DNA from: Candidatus Heimdallarchaeota archaeon
GTDB taxonomy: Archaea; Asgardarchaeota; Heimdallarchaeia; Heimdallarchaeales; Heimdallarchaeaceae
Direction: 5' to 3'
Length of the DNA: 16,914 bases
Assembly: GCA_018238545.1 (NCBI GenBank)
Contig: JABCTC010000061.1
Location: forward strand, 1-16,914
Each line of letters begins with the position of its first letter. Position 1 is the stretch's first letter. Made by a program: the position numbers and the translations under genes. The notes beneath the pieces are model-generated. The model was given only the letters and a program-made list of their open reading frames with translations. It was not told the origin of the DNA and made no database searches. Below are positions 16,446 through 16,914 of the stretch, piece by piece.

Positions 16446-16844
16446 TTACCCCCTTTCAAGCCATATAACATCCGGCTTGCCATACGTTTTATAATCCCAT
16501 GAGACAGGGGCGGAGAGGTCATGCCACGGAGCCCGGCGGACAATCTTGAAACCAACACGTTCATAATACTTTCGTAAAAAACCGTCAAAACAAAAGATCT
16601 TGTTTGCGCCTTTACTTATGGCATAATCCATTGCTTCACGTCCGCAAAGCTTTGTTCCGGTATTGTTAAATAAGTTAAACAACTCTTTGTCATCAGTTAA
16701 TCCGAACCCAACACCGCCACCAATAGATACATACAAATCAGCTTTGTCAAGATATTCTTTTGTATGGACTGTTAAAAAAAACAACCGGTTACTAAAACAC
16801 AACTGTCTATTAAATTCTTTTGCATCTGTTTTAATGAATTCCAT
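16446..16844 (-). CDS. GNAT-fold acetyltransferase-like phage protein
   Basis: LFN...KLCGREAMDYAISKGA (motif A-like), CFDGFLRKYYERVGF (motif B, Y...GF), W....AP..WDY...GKPDV tail; AGGGGG RBS. Confidence 0.65.
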   Translation of the reverse strand: MEFIKTDAKEFNRQLCFSNRLFFLTVHTKEYLDKADLYVSIGGGVGFGLTDDKELFNLFNNTGTKLCGREAMDYAISKGANKIFCFDGFLRKYYERVGFKIVRRAPWHDLSAPVSWDYKTYGKPDVIWLERG

Positions 16845-16855
16845 AGCACCCCCTG

Positions 16856-16914
16856 TTATCTAAAAAAATACATTACTGCCAAGGTTACAATCAAGACCAA
16901 CACGGTTATAACTC
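16856..16914 (-). CDS. 3' end of a membrane protein (partial)
   Basis: ...VITVLVLIVTLAVMYFFR* ending just before the RBS of the GNAT gene. Confidence 0.5.
   Translation of the reverse strand, partial: VITVLVLIVTLAVMYFFR

Larger units (their letters stand above)
14525..16914 (-). mobile_element. Virus/phage-like segment (right end beyond window)
   Basis: Abrupt strand switch, higher GC (about 38-40% by eye), frequent CCGG, about 10 short abutting co-oriented ORFs nearly all with AGGGG(G)/GAGGTG RBS. No integrase or structural gene is visible, so the element type is inferred. Confidence 0.7.

Noticed and set aside
14897-16863. Plus-strand ORFs in the virus-like segment, plus minus ORF 16370-16588 and the 15827-15922 extension
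   Set aside because: They overlap the RBS-supported, tightly tiled minus-strand genes and lack comparable RBSs.

Overview
AT-rich (roughly 30% GC by eye) archaeal-looking DNA over 1-14524. TATA-like promoters, (A/G)GGTGA/GGAGGT ribosome-binding sites and C-terminally anchored surface proteins suggest an Asgard/Heimdallarchaeia-like host, which is an inference. From left to right: partial or fragmented membrane and surface-protein genes, including a convergent fusion of two truncated genes near 1027; an alpha/beta hydrolase; a 2-TM hypothetical gene; and a tightly coupled candidate RiPP cluster (ABC-2 exporter ATPase and permease, AbrB-like/winged-helix protein, MinD/ParA ATPase, radical SAM-SPASM maturase, 63-aa Cys-containing precursor peptide, TPR-like protein). 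A type I (I-B Tneap/Cst-like) Cascade operon follows (cas8a1-cas7-cas5-cas3'), with a probable internal cas11 start. cas3 is cut exactly at its HD motif (FH|D) at 14524. Beyond it lies about 2.4 kb of compositionally distinct, virus-like DNA: about 10 small, tightly packed minus-strand genes with AGGGGG ribosome-binding sites, including a GNAT-like protein and Cys-rich proteins. No CRISPR array, cas6, cas1/cas2, integrase, rRNA or tRNA is visible. The best candidate for a novel system is the archaeal rSAM/SPASM peptide cluster next to the Cascade operon.
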